From an uncultured delta proteobacterium (lineage in GTDB: Bacteria > Myxococcota_A > Polyangia > Polyangiales > Polyangiaceae): 64,000 nt of DNA. A program made the translations under genes and the position numbers. Positions 9,469-20,593 of the stretch are shown here, in pieces; within the stretch, counting starts at the first letter, position 1; each line of letters begins with the position of its first letter. Where the stretch lies: contig CAWAIF010000003.1 in the NCBI GenBank assembly GCA_963782055.1, forward strand, positions 2,336,001 through 2,400,000, read 5' to 3'. The notes beneath the pieces were generated by a model, which saw only the letters and a list, made by a program, of their open reading frames with translations, ran no database searches and was not told where the DNA came from.

Positions 9469-9558
9469 ATGGTCACCTACTGCATCGCCGGCGCGATCGC
9501 GACGCTCCTGCTCGTGTACCTGTTCATCGCGCTGCTCGAGCCGGAGAAGTTCCAATGA
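9469..9558 (+). CDS. kdpF: K+-transporting ATPase subunit F
   Basis: [29 protein letters not shown] (YL..AL..PEKF signature); ATGA overlap with kdpA. Confidence 0.92.
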   Translation: MVTYCIAGAIATLLLVYLFIALLEPEKFQ

Positions 9559-11276
9559 CCTGGCAAGGCTGGGCTCAGATCGCGCTCTACCTGGCGGTAC
9601 TCGTCGCGCTGGTGAAGCCGCTGGGCGCCTTCATGGCGCGCGTGTACGAAGGGCAGCCCATCTGGCTCGAGAAGGCGCTCGGCCCCGTGGAGCGTCTCAT
9701 CTATCGCGCCGCCGGAGTGAAGCGCGACGACGAGCAGGACTGGAAGGCGTACGCGGTCGCGATGCTCGTCTTCAACGTGGCGGGCCTGCTCGTGGTCTAC
9801 GCCCTGCAACGCCTCCAGGGCTCGCTGCCGCTGAATCCGGCGGGCATGGGCGCGGTGTCGCCCGACTCCGCGTGGAACACCGCCGTCAGCTTCGCCACCA
9901 ACACCAACTGGCAAGGGTACGGCGGCGAGTCGACCATGAGCTACCTCACGCAGATGCTCGGCCTCGCCGTGCAGAACTTCGTGTCCGCGGCGTCGGGCAT
10001 GGCGGTGCTGGTGGCGCTCATCCGCGGCATCACCCGGAAGACCACGAGCCAGATCGGCAGCTTCTGGGTCGACCTGGTCCGCACCGCCCTCTACATCCTT
10101 CTCCCGCTGTCGGTCGTCGTCGCGCTGCTCCTGGTCTCGCAGGGCGTCGTGCAGACCTTCGGCCCGTACCACGCCGTGCCTCTCCTGCAGGCGACGAAGG
10201 ACGCGGACGGCAAGACGGTCGCCGAGCAAGTGCTCGCGCTCGGGCCCGCGGCCTCCCAGATCGCCATCAAGCAGCTCGGCACCAACGGCGGCGGCTTCTT
10301 CAACGTCAACTCGGCGCACCCCTTCGAGAACCCGACGCCGCTCTCCAATTTCGTCGAGGTGCTGTCCATCCTGCTGATCCCCGCGGCGCTCTGTTACACC
10401 TTCGGCAAGATGGTGAAGGACACGCGGCAGGGCTGGGCCCTGCTGGCGGCCATGTTCGCCATCTTCCTGCCCCTGCTGGTGCTGTGCGTGGTGTCCGAGC
10501 AGGCCTCCAATCCGGCGCTCGCCCACCTCGGCGTCGTCGGCTCGAACATGGAGGGCAAGGAGGCGCGCTTCGGCGTCTCCGCCTCCGCGCTGTGGGCGAC
10601 GGCGACGACCGCGGCCTCCAACGGCTCGGTCAACGCGATGCACGACTCCTTCACGCCGCTGGGCGGGCTGGTGCCGCTGTGGATGATCCAGCTCGGCGAG
10701 ATCGTCTTCGGCGGCGTGGGCTCGGGGCTCTACGGGATGTTGATGTTCGCCGTGATCGCGGTCTTCGTGGCCGGGCTGATGGTCGGCCGGACGCCGGAGT
10801 ACCTCGGGAAGAAGATCGAGGCCTACGAGATGAAGATGGCGTCGCTGGTCGTCCTCGTCCCGGCCGCGACGGTCCTCGTGGGCACCGCGGTGGCCGTGAT
10901 GACCGAGGCCGGCCGCAAGGGCATCCTGAACCCGGGCGCGCACGGCTTCAGCGAGGTGCTGTACGCCTTCTCGTCGGCGGGCAACAACAACGGGAGCGCC
11001 TTCGCCGGCCTCTCCGCGAACACGCCCTTTTACGACGTCGCGCTGGGCATCGCGATGTTCGTCGGACGCTTCTTCGTCAAGGTGCCGGTGCTCGCGCTGG
11101 CCGGGGCGCTCGCCAAGAAGAAGATCGTACCCCGGACGTCCGGCACCCTCCCGACGCACACGCCGCTCTTCGTCGGAATGCTCGTCGGGGTCATCGTGGT
11201 CGTGGGCGCGCTCACCTTCATCCCCGCGCTCGCGCTCGGGCCGATCGTCGAGCAGCTGCTCGCGCGGGGATCGTGA
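9555..11276 (+). CDS. kdpA: K+-transporting ATPase subunit A
   Basis: [51 protein letters not shown]. Confidence 0.98.
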   Translation: MTWQGWAQIALYLAVLVALVKPLGAFMARVYEGQPIWLEKALGPVERLIYRAAGVKRDDEQDWKAYAVAMLVFNVAGLLVVYALQRLQGSLPLNPAGMGAVSPDSAWNTAVSFATNTNWQGYGGESTMSYLTQMLGLAVQNFVSAASGMAVLVALIRGITRKTTSQIGSFWVDLVRTALYILLPLSVVVALLLVSQGVVQTFGPYHAVPLLQATKDADGKTVAEQVLALGPAASQIAIKQLGTNGGGFFNVNSAHPFENPTPLSNFVEVLSILLIPAALCYTFGKMVKDTRQGWALLAAMFAIFLPLLVLCVVSEQASNPALAHLGVVGSNMEGKEARFGVSASALWATATTAASNGSVNAMHDSFTPLGGLVPLWMIQLGEIVFGGVGSGLYGMLMFAVIAVFVAGLMVGRTPEYLGKKIEAYEMKMASLVVLVPAATVLVGTAVAVMTEAGRKGILNPGAHGFSEVLYAFSSAGNNNGSAFAGLSANTPFYDVALGIAMFVGRFFVKVPVLALAGALAKKKIVPRTSGTLPTHTPLFVGMLVGVIVVVGALTFIPALALGPIVEQLLARGS

Positions 11277-11283
11277 GGTCGTC

Positions 11284-13374
11284 ATGAGCAGTCATCGCGT
11301 CGCGCACGCCTCTCGTCCCCTCTTCGACGGACCCATCGTTCGCCGAGCCGTCATCGAGTCGCTCAAGAAGCTGGACCCGCGCCACCAGATCCGCAATCCG
11401 GTCATGTTCGTGGTGGAGGTCGGTAGCGCTCTCACCACCGCGCTCTTCTTCCAGTCGCTCGGGGGGCACGGCGAGGCGCGCCCGGGCTTCATCCTGGGCG
11501 TCAGCCTCTGGCTATGGTTCACCGTCCTCTTCGCCAACTTCGCCGAGGCGATGGCGGAGGGGCGCGGCAAGGCGCAGGCGGATACCCTGCGCAAGGCGCG
11601 CAAGGACATCCAGGCCAAGCAGCTCGCCGCCCCCGCCCGCGACGCGAAGGTCACCGTGGTCGCGGCTTCCACGCTGCGGAAGGGCGACGTGGTGCTCGTG
11701 GAGGCGGGCGACCTCGTCCCCATGGACGGCGAGATCGTGGAGGGCGTCGCCTCGGTGGACGAGAGCGCCATCACCGGAGAGAGCGCGCCGGTCATCCGGG
11801 AGAGCGGCGGCGACCGCAGCGCCGTCACCGGCGGCACGCGCGTGCTCTCCGACTGGATCGTCGTCCGCCTCTCCAGCAACCCGGGCGAGACGTTCCTCGA
11901 CCGCATGATCTCCATGGTGGAGGGCGCCAAGCGCCAGAAGACGCCGAACGAGATCGCGCTCGACATCCTGCTCGCCGCGCTGACCATCGTCTTTCTCCTC
12001 GCGACGGTCACGCTGCTGCCCTTCTCCATGTTCAGCGTGCGCGCGACCGGTCACGGCACGCCCATCGGCATCACCGTGCTCGTCGCCCTCCTGGTGTGTC
12101 TCATCCCGACCACCATCGGCGGGTTGCTCTCGGCCATCGGCATCGCCGGGATGGACCGGATGATCCAGGCGAACGTGATCGCCACGTCCGGTCGCGCGGT
12201 GGAGGCGGCCGGCGACGTCGACGTGCTCCTGCTGGACAAGACGGGGACCATCACCCTCGGCAACCGGCAGGCGTCGACGTTCTTGCCTGCGCCAGGAGTG
12301 TCCGCCCAGGAGCTCGCGGACGCCGCGCAGCTCGCGTCCCTCGCCGACGAGACGCCGGAGGGGCGCAGCATCGTGGCGCTCGCGAAGGAGAAGTACGGCA
12401 TCCGCGAGCGCGACATGGCGGCGCTCGGGGCGACGTTCGTTCCCTTCACCGCGCAGACGCGGATGAGCGGCGTGGATCTTCCAGGCGCGTCGCCCCGCGA
12501 GATCCGCAAGGGCGCGGCGGACGCGATCGAGGCGTACGTGCGCGCGGCTGGCGGCGAGGTGCCGGAGGAGGTGAAGCGCGTGGTGGAGACGGTCGCCAAG
12601 CGCGGGGCAACGCCGCTCGTGGTGGCGGAAGACAAGCGCGTGCTCGGCTGCCTGGAGCTCAAGGACATCGTCAAGGGCGGCATCAAGGAGCGCTTCGCCG
12701 AGCTGCGCGGCATGGGCATCAAGACGGTGATGATCACCGGTGACAACCCGACGACCGCCGCCGCCATCGCCGCGGAGGCGGGCGTCGACGACTACCTCGC
12801 CCAGGCGACGCCGGAGACCAAGCTGTCGCTCATCCGCGAGCACCAGGCGGGGGGGCGACTGGTGGCGATGACCGGCGACGGCACCAACGACGCGCCGGCC
12901 CTCGCGCAGGCGGACGTGGCGGTGGCGATGAACACCGGCACGCAGGCCGCGAAGGAGGCCGGCAACATGGTCGATCTGGACTCCAACCCGACCAAGCTCA
13001 TCGAGATCGTCGCGATCGGCAAGCAGCTCCTGGTCACGCGCGGCGCGCTCACCACCTTCAGCATCGCCAACGACATCGCGAAGTACTTCGCCATCATCCC
13101 CGCGGCGTTCGCGTCCACCTATCCGGCGCTCGGCACGCTGAACGTGATGCACCTGGCCACGCCCCAGAGCGCCATCCTCTCGGCCGTCATCTTCAACGCG
13201 CTCATCATCGTCTTCCTCATCCCGCTCGCGCTGCGCGGCATTCGCTACCGCGCGCTGGGCGCCTCGCTGCTCTTGCGCCGCAACCTGCTCGTCTACGGGC
13301 TGGGCGGCGTGGTGGTGCCCTTCGCCGGGATCAAGCTCATCGACGAGCTCCTGGTCGCCGTCCACATGGTGTGA
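11284..13374 (+). CDS. kdpB: K+-transporting ATPase subunit B
   Basis: [35 protein letters not shown]. Confidence 0.98.
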   Translation: MSSHRVAHASRPLFDGPIVRRAVIESLKKLDPRHQIRNPVMFVVEVGSALTTALFFQSLGGHGEARPGFILGVSLWLWFTVLFANFAEAMAEGRGKAQADTLRKARKDIQAKQLAAPARDAKVTVVAASTLRKGDVVLVEAGDLVPMDGEIVEGVASVDESAITGESAPVIRESGGDRSAVTGGTRVLSDWIVVRLSSNPGETFLDRMISMVEGAKRQKTPNEIALDILLAALTIVFLLATVTLLPFSMFSVRATGHGTPIGITVLVALLVCLIPTTIGGLLSAIGIAGMDRMIQANVIATSGRAVEAAGDVDVLLLDKTGTITLGNRQASTFLPAPGVSAQELADAAQLASLADETPEGRSIVALAKEKYGIRERDMAALGATFVPFTAQTRMSGVDLPGASPREIRKGAADAIEAYVRAAGGEVPEEVKRVVETVAKRGATPLVVAEDKRVLGCLELKDIVKGGIKERFAELRGMGIKTVMITGDNPTTAAAIAAEAGVDDYLAQATPETKLSLIREHQAGGRLVAMTGDGTNDAPALAQADVAVAMNTGTQAAKEAGNMVDLDSNPTKLIEIVAIGKQLLVTRGALTTFSIANDIAKYFAIIPAAFASTYPALGTLNVMHLATPQSAILSAVIFNALIIVFLIPLALRGIRYRALGASLLLRRNLLVYGLGGVVVPFAGIKLIDELLVAVHMV

Positions 13375-13382
13375 GGTCCGTC

Positions 13383-13974
13383 ATGCTCGCGCAGATCCGT
13401 CCCGCCCTCGTCGTCCTCGCGCTGCTCTCGCTGCTCACCGGCGTGGTGTATCCGCTCGCGGTCACCGGCGTCGCGCGGCTCGCCTTTCGCGATCAGGCTC
13501 GGGGAAGCCTGATCGTGCGAGACGGCAGGCCCGTCGGCTCGTCCCTCATCGGTCAACCCTTCGACGACCCGCGATACTTCTGGGGGCGACCCTCGGCGAC
13601 CGGGGCCGTCCCGTACGACGCACGCGCCTCGTCGGGGTCCAACCTGGGCCCCACCAACCCGGCGCTCACCGCCGCGGCGCGGGCGCGCGTGGAAGCGCTG
13701 CGCGCGGCGGACCCGACCAACTCGGCGCCCATCCCAGTGGACCTGGTGACCGCGTCGGCGAGCGGGCTCGAATCCGCACCTCTCCCCGGCCGCGGCCGAC
13801 TGGCAGGTGCCCCGGGTGGCGGGGGCGCGGCACATGGATGCGCAAGCGGTCCGGCGCCTCGTCGCAGAGTACACGGAATCCCGGACCGCCGGCGTGCTGG
13901 GCGAGCCCCGGGTGAACGTGCTGCTCCTCAACCTGGCGCTGGACGCCGCCGCCCGGGCGCGTCCGGTGCGATAG
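13383..13974 (+). pseudogene. kdpC: K+-transporting ATPase subunit C with +1 frameshift (possibly a sequencing error)
   Basis: [34 protein letters not shown]. Removing one A at 13771-13772 restores DPHLSPAAA...[15 protein letters not shown], ending at TAG 13972-13974. Confidence 0.9.
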
Positions 13975-13981
13975 TCCTCCC

Positions 13982-16684
13982 ATGAGCGACGGGCGCCGCG
14001 ATCCGGACGAGCTCCTTCGGGTGGTCACCGAAGAGGAGCGTCTCGCCCGGCGTGGCAAGCTCACCGTCTTCTTCGGGGCCGCTCCCGGCGTCGGCAAGAC
14101 CTACTCCATGCTGGAGGCGGCGCGCGCGGAGCACGACGCGGGGCGCGACGTGGTCATCGGGGTCGTGGAGACGCACGGGCGCTACGACACCGGCGCGCTG
14201 GTGATCGGCCTGGAGATGCTGCCGCGTCGCAAGGAGACGCACCGCGGGGTGGAGCTCGGGGAGCTGGACCTGGACGGCGCGCTGGCGCGCAAGCCGGCGC
14301 TGCTGCTCGTCGACGAGCTGGCGCACACCAACGCGCCGGGATCGCTGCACGCCAAGCGCTGGCAGGACGTGGAGGAGGTGCTCGACGCCGGCATCGACGT
14401 CTACACCACCCTCAACGTGCAACACGTGGAGAGCCTGAACGACGTGGTCGCCCAGGTGACCGGCGTGGTGGTGCGCGAGACGGTCCCCGATCGGGTGCTG
14501 GAGGAGGCGAGCGAGGTGCGCCTCATCGACCTGCCGCCGGACGAGCTGCTGGAGCGGCTGGGCGCCGGGAAGGTGTACCTCCCCGCGCAGGCGCAGCGCG
14601 CCGTCGACAACTTCTTCCGGAAGGGCAACCTGATCGCGCTGCGGGAGCTCGCGCTGCGCCGGACGGCGGAGCGCGTGGACGCGCAGATGCGGGTCTACAA
14701 GTCGACCCACGGCATCGAGGGGACCTGGGCGACCGGGGACCGCATCCTGGTGTGCGTGAGCCCGAGCCCGCTGTCGGCGCAGCTGGTCCGCGGGGCGTGC
14801 CGCATGGCGCGCAGCCTCCACGCGGAGTGGATCGCGGTGTACGTGGAGACGCCGGCGGCCCTCCGGTTGAACGACGCCGGCCGGCGGCGGGTCGCCGACA
14901 ACCTGCGGCTCGCCGAGCAGCTCGGGGCGGAGACGGCGACCCTCAGCGGAGAGAGCGCGGCGCAGGAGACGCTGCGCTACGCGCGCAAGCGCAACGTCAC
15001 CAGGATCGTGGTCGGCAAGCCGACGCACTCGCGCTGGCGCGATCTGGTGTCGCAGCCGTTTCTCGAGGAGATGGTGCGCGGGAGCGGCGACATCGACGTC
15101 CACGTCATCACGGGCGAGGCGGCGGCGGGGGAGGGAGCGCGCGCCGCGCCGCCGGCGGAGAGGCGTCGCGGGTCCCCCGCCGCGTACGCGTCCAGCGTCG
15201 CGATCGTGGCGGCCACCGGGGGCGTCGCCTGGTTCGTGTTCGGGCGCGGCCGGCTGGACGACGTGGTCATGGTGTTCCTGCTGGCGATCATCCTGATCGC
15301 CATGCGCTTCGGCTCGGGCCCGTCGCTGCTGGCCACGGTGCTGAGCGTGCTCGCCGTCGACTTCTTCTTCGTGACACCGTACTACAGCCTCTCCGTCGAC
15401 GAGTTTCGGCACGTGGTGACGTTCGGCGTGATGTTCGTGGTCGCTGTGCTGATCAGCGGCCTCACCAAGCGGATTCGCGACCAGGCGGACGCGGCCCGCC
15501 GCCGGGAGCAGCGCACCTCCAGCCTGTACGGGATGACGCGCGACCTGGCCGGCACGCGGGCGGTCGGCAACCTCGCGGCGATCGCGGTGGAGCACCTGCA
15601 CGACGTGTTCGACGCGCGCGCCGCCGTGCTCCTGCTCGACGCCGCGGGGGACCTGACGCTGGTGACGGCGGGGGGGCCGCACGCCTTCGTCCCCGACGCG
15701 AAGGAGCGAACGGCGGCCGAGTGGGCGCGCGCGCACGGCAAGCCGGCGGGGCTGGGCACCGACACGCTGCCGTCCGGCAGCGCGCTCTACCTGCCGCTGC
15801 CCGATTCCCGTGGGCGCGGCGGGGTCCTCGCGGTCGTGCCGGCCGACCCGCGCCGCTTCGTCGACCCGGCGCAGCGCGCGCTGCTGGACGTCTTCGCCGC
15901 GCAGGTGGCGTCTGCGCTGGAGCGCGCGCGCCTGGCGGAGGAGGCGCAGCGGGCGCAGCTCGAGATGGAGTCGGAGAAGCTGCGCAGCTCGCTGCTGAGC
16001 TCGGTCTCACACGATCTGCGCACACCACTCACCGTGATCTCGGCGGCGGCGAGCGCGTTGCTGGAGAGCAACCCGGCGGTCGGGGCGGAGGCGCGGCAGG
16101 ATCTGCTGCAGACGGTCCACGAGGAGGCGCAGCGTCTGAACCGGCTGGTGCGCAACCTGCTCGACATGACGCGCGTCGCCTCCGGCGCGATCAAGGTGAG
16201 CAAGGAGTGGCAACCGGTGGAGGAGGTGGTCGGCGCGGTGCTGAACCGGCTCGAGGAGCCGCTGGCCGGCCGGGAGGTGGTGGTGGATCTCGCGCCGGAT
16301 CTTCCGCTCGTCCCGATGGACGCGGTGCTGGTGGAGCAGGTCCTCATCAACCTGCTGGAGAACGCCGCGAAGTACTCGCCGCCCGCCTCCCCGCTTCGCA
16401 TCGCCGCGCGCGCGGAGGACGGCGCCATCGTGGTGGAGGTGGCGGACCGCGGGCCGGGCGTGCCGCCGGAGCAAGCTCGTCGTATCTTCGAGAAGTTCTA
16501 CCGCATGCCCGGGGAGCGGGTGGGCGGCGGCGCGGGCCTGGGCCTCGCCATCTGCCGAGGCGTCGTCGAGGCGCACGGCGGGCGCATCTGGGTGGACCAT
16601 CGAGACGGAGGAGGCGCCGTGTTCCGTTTCACCATCCCCATCGAGGGCACGCCGCCGGTCATCCAGGCGGAAGAGGCCCGGTGA
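13982..16684 (+). CDS. kdpD: Sensor histidine kinase KdpD
   Basis: GAAPGVGKTY, VDELAHTN, Usp domain, four TMs, GAF, SHDLRTPL, HATPase. Confidence 0.97.
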   Translation: MSDGRRDPDELLRVVTEEERLARRGKLTVFFGAAPGVGKTYSMLEAARAEHDAGRDVVIGVVETHGRYDTGALVIGLEMLPRRKETHRGVELGELDLDGALARKPALLLVDELAHTNAPGSLHAKRWQDVEEVLDAGIDVYTTLNVQHVESLNDVVAQVTGVVVRETVPDRVLEEASEVRLIDLPPDELLERLGAGKVYLPAQAQRAVDNFFRKGNLIALRELALRRTAERVDAQMRVYKSTHGIEGTWATGDRILVCVSPSPLSAQLVRGACRMARSLHAEWIAVYVETPAALRLNDAGRRRVADNLRLAEQLGAETATLSGESAAQETLRYARKRNVTRIVVGKPTHSRWRDLVSQPFLEEMVRGSGDIDVHVITGEAAAGEGARAAPPAERRRGSPAAYASSVAIVAATGGVAWFVFGRGRLDDVVMVFLLAIILIAMRFGSGPSLLATVLSVLAVDFFFVTPYYSLSVDEFRHVVTFGVMFVVAVLISGLTKRIRDQADAARRREQRTSSLYGMTRDLAGTRAVGNLAAIAVEHLHDVFDARAAVLLLDAAGDLTLVTAGGPHAFVPDAKERTAAEWARAHGKPAGLGTDTLPSGSALYLPLPDSRGRGGVLAVVPADPRRFVDPAQRALLDVFAAQVASALERARLAEEAQRAQLEMESEKLRSSLLSSVSHDLRTPLTVISAAASALLESNPAVGAEARQDLLQTVHEEAQRLNRLVRNLLDMTRVASGAIKVSKEWQPVEEVVGAVLNRLEEPLAGREVVVDLAPDLPLVPMDAVLVEQVLINLLENAAKYSPPASPLRIAARAEDGAIVVEVADRGPGVPPEQARRIFEKFYRMPGERVGGGAGLGLAICRGVVEAHGGRIWVDHRDGGGAVFRFTIPIEGTPPVIQAEEAR

Positions 16685-17367
16685 GCGTCCGGGTCCTGCT
16701 GATCGAAGACGAGCCGCAGATGCGGCGGCTCCTCCGGGGCGCCCTCCCCACGCCGGAGTACGATCTGTTCGAGGCGGCCACGGGCGAGCAGGGCCTCGCC
16801 GCCGCCGCGCAGTACGCGCCGGACGTCATCTTGCTGGACCTCGGTCTTCCGGACATGGACGGGCTGGAGGTGACGTGCCGGCTCCGGGAGTGGACGCAGA
16901 CGCCCATCATCGTTCTCTCGGCGCGCGGTCAGGAGCAGGACAAGGTCGCCGCGCTGGACGCCGGCGCCGACGACTACCTGACCAAGCCGTTCAGCCTGTC
17001 GGAGCTCACCGCGCGGCTGCGCGTGGCGCGCCGCCACGTGGCGCTGCGCGGCGAGGGCGTCCCTGCGGTCTTCACCGCCGGCGCGCTGACGGTGGACAGG
17101 GCGAAGCGTCGCGTGACACTCGGAGCGGAGGAGGTCCGTCTCACGCCCACCGAGTACAAGCTGCTCGCCACGCTGATCGCCAACGCGGGGCGCGTGATGA
17201 CCTACCAGCAGCTCCTCAAAGAGGTGTGGGGGCCGCGGTTCGCGAGCCAGAAGCAGTACGTTCACGTCTACATGGGCCACCTGAGGGCGAAGCTCGAGCC
17301 GGACCCTGCGCGCCCCCGGCTGCTGCTCACCGAGCCCGGAGTCGGCTACCGGCTCAGGCTGGATTGA
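16681..17367 (+). CDS. kdpE: Response regulator KdpE
   Basis: GTG overlapping the kdpD stop; VLLIEDEPQMR, LDLGLPDMDG, GADDYLTKPF, LTEPGVGYR. Confidence 0.95.
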   Translation: MSVRVLLIEDEPQMRRLLRGALPTPEYDLFEAATGEQGLAAAAQYAPDVILLDLGLPDMDGLEVTCRLREWTQTPIIVLSARGQEQDKVAALDAGADDYLTKPFSLSELTARLRVARRHVALRGEGVPAVFTAGALTVDRAKRRVTLGAEEVRLTPTEYKLLATLIANAGRVMTYQQLLKEVWGPRFASQKQYVHVYMGHLRAKLEPDPARPRLLLTEPGVGYRLRLD

Positions 17368-17416
17368 GCCGCGGCGCGGGGCGCGTCTCGTCCCCTGGTT
17401 GAGATGCCCCGCCGTC

Positions 17417-17837
17417 TCAGGGGCAGCCGGCGTCGACCCAGCCGACCACCAGGGCGCGCTGCGCGTCGGTGGGCAGAGGGTTGCCGCCGTTCTCGACGGG
17501 GAACTTCTTCGCCGACACGGTGCAGTTCCAGCTCGGATCTCTGCGTCGTGGCGATGCCGCACCGGACCGTCTGGGAGAGGTTCACCACGACCTGCTTGTC
17601 GTGCATGTCGAACAGCGCCGGATCGCCCGCCGCGTGGCACCCGTTGCCCCCGCATGGCGCGCTCGGCTCGTGGCACTGCACGCAGTAGTCGCGGACGAAG
17701 GGGCCGACCCACGTGTCCCACGTCACGGCGCCGCCGTCGTCGGGGAAGGGCAAGAGCACGACCTCTTGCCCCTCCGGCGTGCTGGGCCCGCACGCGGCGG
17801 CGAGCAGAAGAAGGAGGGGGAGCGCGCGCCGCAGCAT
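17417..17837 (-). pseudogene. Cytochrome c-like lipoprotein with +1 frameshift at ~17540 (possibly a sequencing error)
   Basis: Lipobox LAAAC, TW...V.PF...YCVQCH heme motif. Removing one base restores ...PLPTDAQRALVVGWVDAGCP*, a typical cytochrome c-like C-terminal helix. Confidence 0.65.
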
Positions 17838-17854
17838 GCCGATCCGAGTCTACC

Positions 17855-18421
17855 TCAGTGGCTCGGGCTCGCGACGCAGCGGAAGAGCGGGGTGTGCACC
17901 GGTGCGCTGAACGACCGATCGAGCACACTGCCGTCGTCGAAGCGCAGGAGGAGATGGGCGGCGAGCGGCTCGCCGTCGGCGCTCGGCATGGAGTCGATGG
18001 CCACGACCACCGAAGCGAGCGCCGCCGGGTCGATCTCCCCCGCGTTCGATCCCACGGTGAAGGTGAACCGGATGGAGCCGTCGGTGGACTTCGCCGAGAC
18101 CGTCCCCGACGACCCCTGGCTCACCACGAGCGGTACGGCTTGTCCCTGGGTCGCGCTGCGCGTCACGTCCAGGTCGATCGCCGTGTACGGCGGGGCGACG
18201 TCGGTCGCGCCGACCACCTCGAGCGAGAGCACGTCGCCCGGCGCCGCGTCCGGGTCGACCGCGCCGCAAGCCTGCGGGGTGCGATAGGCCTCGACGCTGG
18301 AGGGCTGGAAGTCGAGCGGCGCGCGATACCCGTTGTTGCCGGGGTCGCAACCGCAGCCGGCGGCGAAGGCGGAGACGGAGACGACGAAGGCGAGGAAACC
18401 GGCGAGGGGAAGGGAGCGCAT
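17855..18421 (-). CDS. Hypothetical secreted protein or lipoprotein
   Basis: Signal peptide ending AAGC; GC3-biased frame; sigma-54 motif directly upstream. Confidence 0.65.
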   Translation of the reverse strand: MRSLPLAGFLAFVVSVSAFAAGCGCDPGNNGYRAPLDFQPSSVEAYRTPQACGAVDPDAAPGDVLSLEVVGATDVAPPYTAIDLDVTRSATQGQAVPLVVSQGSSGTVSAKSTDGSIRFTFTVGSNAGEIDPAALASVVVAIDSMPSADGEPLAAHLLLRFDDGSVLDRSFSAPVHTPLFRCVASPSH

Positions 18422-18434
18422 GGCCGGTCCCCTC

Positions 18435-18448
18435 GCAAGGCGTGTGCC
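18435..18448 (-). promoter_or_regulatory. sigma-54 promoter
   Basis: GGCACACGCCTTGC on the minus strand. Confidence 0.7.
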
Positions 18449-18663
18449 GTGGCAGATGGAGGCTGGTTTTGCCTGTCGCCGCCGTGAGCGACGTGGCCTC
18501 GCGACCCGCCGAGCAAGACACTCGCGTCATGGTTATGGATCGGACCGGGTGGGGGCGCAGTGACCGCCGGGGTCTCCCGGGCGGAGGACCGCCTCGTCTC
18601 GCCGGACCGGGCGCGCCCCCGAGGAGCCGCCTCCGACGCCGGCGGTCTGGTAACCTGTGCACC

Positions 18664-19065
18664 ATGAGAGGAGCGCGCTGGGGTGTGCGGGGCTGGCTCG
18701 CCGTGGCGGCCATGGGCTCTTTCGTGCTCGCGGCGTGCAGCTCGGGTGGGTCGGACGACGACGCGGGCGTCGAGGCCGGCGTCGACAGCGGCGCGGGTGA
18801 CAGCGGCGACGACGGGTCGTCCTGCGGCGTCACGCTGTGCATTCACGGTGACCAGCCGCCGCAGTGCCCTTCGTGCGCGCCGTCGGGCGGGGACATCTGC
18901 TCGCCGCCGGCGCCCGTCACCTGCAACTACACGAACGGGTGCACCGGGGGCCAGGAGGAATCCAGGCAGTGTACGTGCGTGCTCCCGGACGCCGGGGCCG
19001 ACGACGCCGGCGACGCGGGCTCGAGCGGTGGAAACGCGCACTGGAGCTGCAAGAACGGCGCGTGA
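18664..19065 (+). CDS. Small Cys-rich lipoprotein
   Basis: Lipobox LAAC, DAG linkers, about 10 Cys, ends WSCKNGA; TAACCT 7 nt before the ATG. Confidence 0.7.
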   Translation: MRGARWGVRGWLAVAAMGSFVLAACSSGGSDDDAGVEAGVDSGAGDSGDDGSSCGVTLCIHGDQPPQCPSCAPSGGDICSPPAPVTCNYTNGCTGGQEESRQCTCVLPDAGADDAGDAGSSGGNAHWSCKNGA

Positions 19066-19297
19066 TCCGGGGCCAGAGCCGGTCGGGTGCGCGGCCGGCC
19101 CCGGCCACGGGCTCGACGGCCCGGAGGCGCCCCGCGCAGGCGCGCCCGACGGGCCCGGCCTCACCCGCCGCCAGCCGCCCCTCGAGGGCACCGGAGAAGT
19201 GCGCCTGAACCCGTGGACCCTTGCAGGGTGGAGGCCGCCGGCGCCCGAAGCAAAATGGCCATTGCGTCGACGCAGAAAGCACGTTTCACTTCGCCGC

Positions 19298-20194
19298 ATG
19301 CTTCCGAGAGCCCTGCTTGCGATCGTCGGTTCAGCGCTCGTGTTCTCCGGGTGTGTCGGTGACTCACCCGTCGGCCCCGCGGACGCCGCCGTCGACGCGG
19401 GCGGCGTCCAGGATGCGATGCCCTCGCAGGACACCGGCAGTCCCATGGACGCTGCCGTCGAGGCCGCCGGGCCAGACGCGGGCGACGCGGCGGCCGGGTT
19501 CAGCGTGAAGAATCTCCCCGGGATCGCGCTCTGGCTGGACGCTGCCAAGGGCGTGGTGAACGACGGCAACCAGAAGGTCAGCACGTGGAGCGACCAGTCG
19601 GGCAACAGCAACGACGCCACGCAGAGCCTGCCCGGCAACCAGCCGACCCTGGGAGCACAGACCATCAACGGCATGGCCGCCATCCATTTCGTGGGTGGGC
19701 AGGACCTCGAGATCGCCGACAGCGCGAGCCTTCAGTTGGGCACGGGCGACTTCTTCATCGCCGTAGTCGCCCGCTGGACAAATGTCAGCGGCTTCGCTCA
19801 GCTCTATGGAAAGAAGGAGCCTCTCAATCCGTACAATGGGGCAGGAATGTGGGGGAACTATCCCACGAATGGCCTCGTCGGCGGCGAGACGCAGACCGGT
19901 CTCTCCGTCGCCAGCACCACCAGCTCCCTCAACGACAACGTGGCGCGCCAGTACGCCGTGCGGCGCAGCGGCAGCACCCTGAGCCTGCGCGTCAACGGAA
20001 AGACCGAGGGCACGACGGCGAACGCGACATCCGACTGCAGCGCCGTCGGCACGAAGGCCTACATCGGTCAGAACGGCGGGTCCCAGTACCCGCTCGATGG
20101 TGACATCGCGGAGCTCGTCGTCATCAAGGGGTCCATCTCGGGGACCGACCTCACCGCTCTCGAGACGTATCTCGCGAACAAGTACAAGCTCTGA
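19298..20194 (+). CDS. Lipoprotein with LamG/concanavalin-like jelly-roll domain
   Basis: Lipobox FSGC, DAG linker, LWLDA..G, VSTWSDQSGN.N.A, IG...LDGDIAEL...LETYLANKY. Confidence 0.75.
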   Translation: MLPRALLAIVGSALVFSGCVGDSPVGPADAAVDAGGVQDAMPSQDTGSPMDAAVEAAGPDAGDAAAGFSVKNLPGIALWLDAAKGVVNDGNQKVSTWSDQSGNSNDATQSLPGNQPTLGAQTINGMAAIHFVGGQDLEIADSASLQLGTGDFFIAVVARWTNVSGFAQLYGKKEPLNPYNGAGMWGNYPTNGLVGGETQTGLSVASTTSSLNDNVARQYAVRRSGSTLSLRVNGKTEGTTANATSDCSAVGTKAYIGQNGGSQYPLDGDIAELVVIKGSISGTDLTALETYLANKYKL

Positions 20195-20466
20195 TCGGAC
20201 GCCACCCCAGGCGAGTTTCCGCCCGCGCCAGTACGAACGGCGGCAGGACCGTCATGCCCGTGAAGCCGAGGATGCCGCGATGGATCGGCATGAGGATGTC
20301 CAGGATGTCGCCGTTGAGCGAGCCCGGGCCGAACGCCGCCTCCGGACCGCCCGTCGTGACGGAGAGCAACGTCCGCTTGCCGCGGAGCTTGCCGCGCTCG
20401 AACAGGTACTGGCGGCCATACACCGCGCCGGAGACGAACACCCGGTCGAACCACCCCTTCAGGATC
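20151..20466 (-). pseudogene. Internal fragment of NAD(P)H:quinone oxidoreductase (flavodoxin-like fold)
   Basis: ILKGWFDRVF...GKRTLLSVTTGG...PIHRGILGFTGMTVLPPF. The N-terminal half is missing and homology is lost after PPFV. Confidence 0.75.
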
Positions 20467-20593
20467 GATCTCCCCGCGACGGTGGCGCCCGCGAGCGCGT
20501 CCCAGTCCCGTCATCGCCAGGGCCGCAACCCTTCGCTTCAGGACGACACGCGGGCTGGCCTGGTCGCCTCCGGGTGGACCCGCCGGCGAGGCG

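Noticed and set aside
13760..13800. Programmed ribosomal frameshifting in kdpC
   Set aside because: No slippery heptamer, and the shift falls in the conserved SGLDP motif. A sequencing error or point indel is more parsimonious.
20463..20470. GATCGATC as evidence that all fragment junctions are Hi-C/Sau3AI ligation chimeras
   Set aside because: The junctions at ~575, ~3315, ~9126 and ~39590 are not at GATC, so this cannot be the general explanation.
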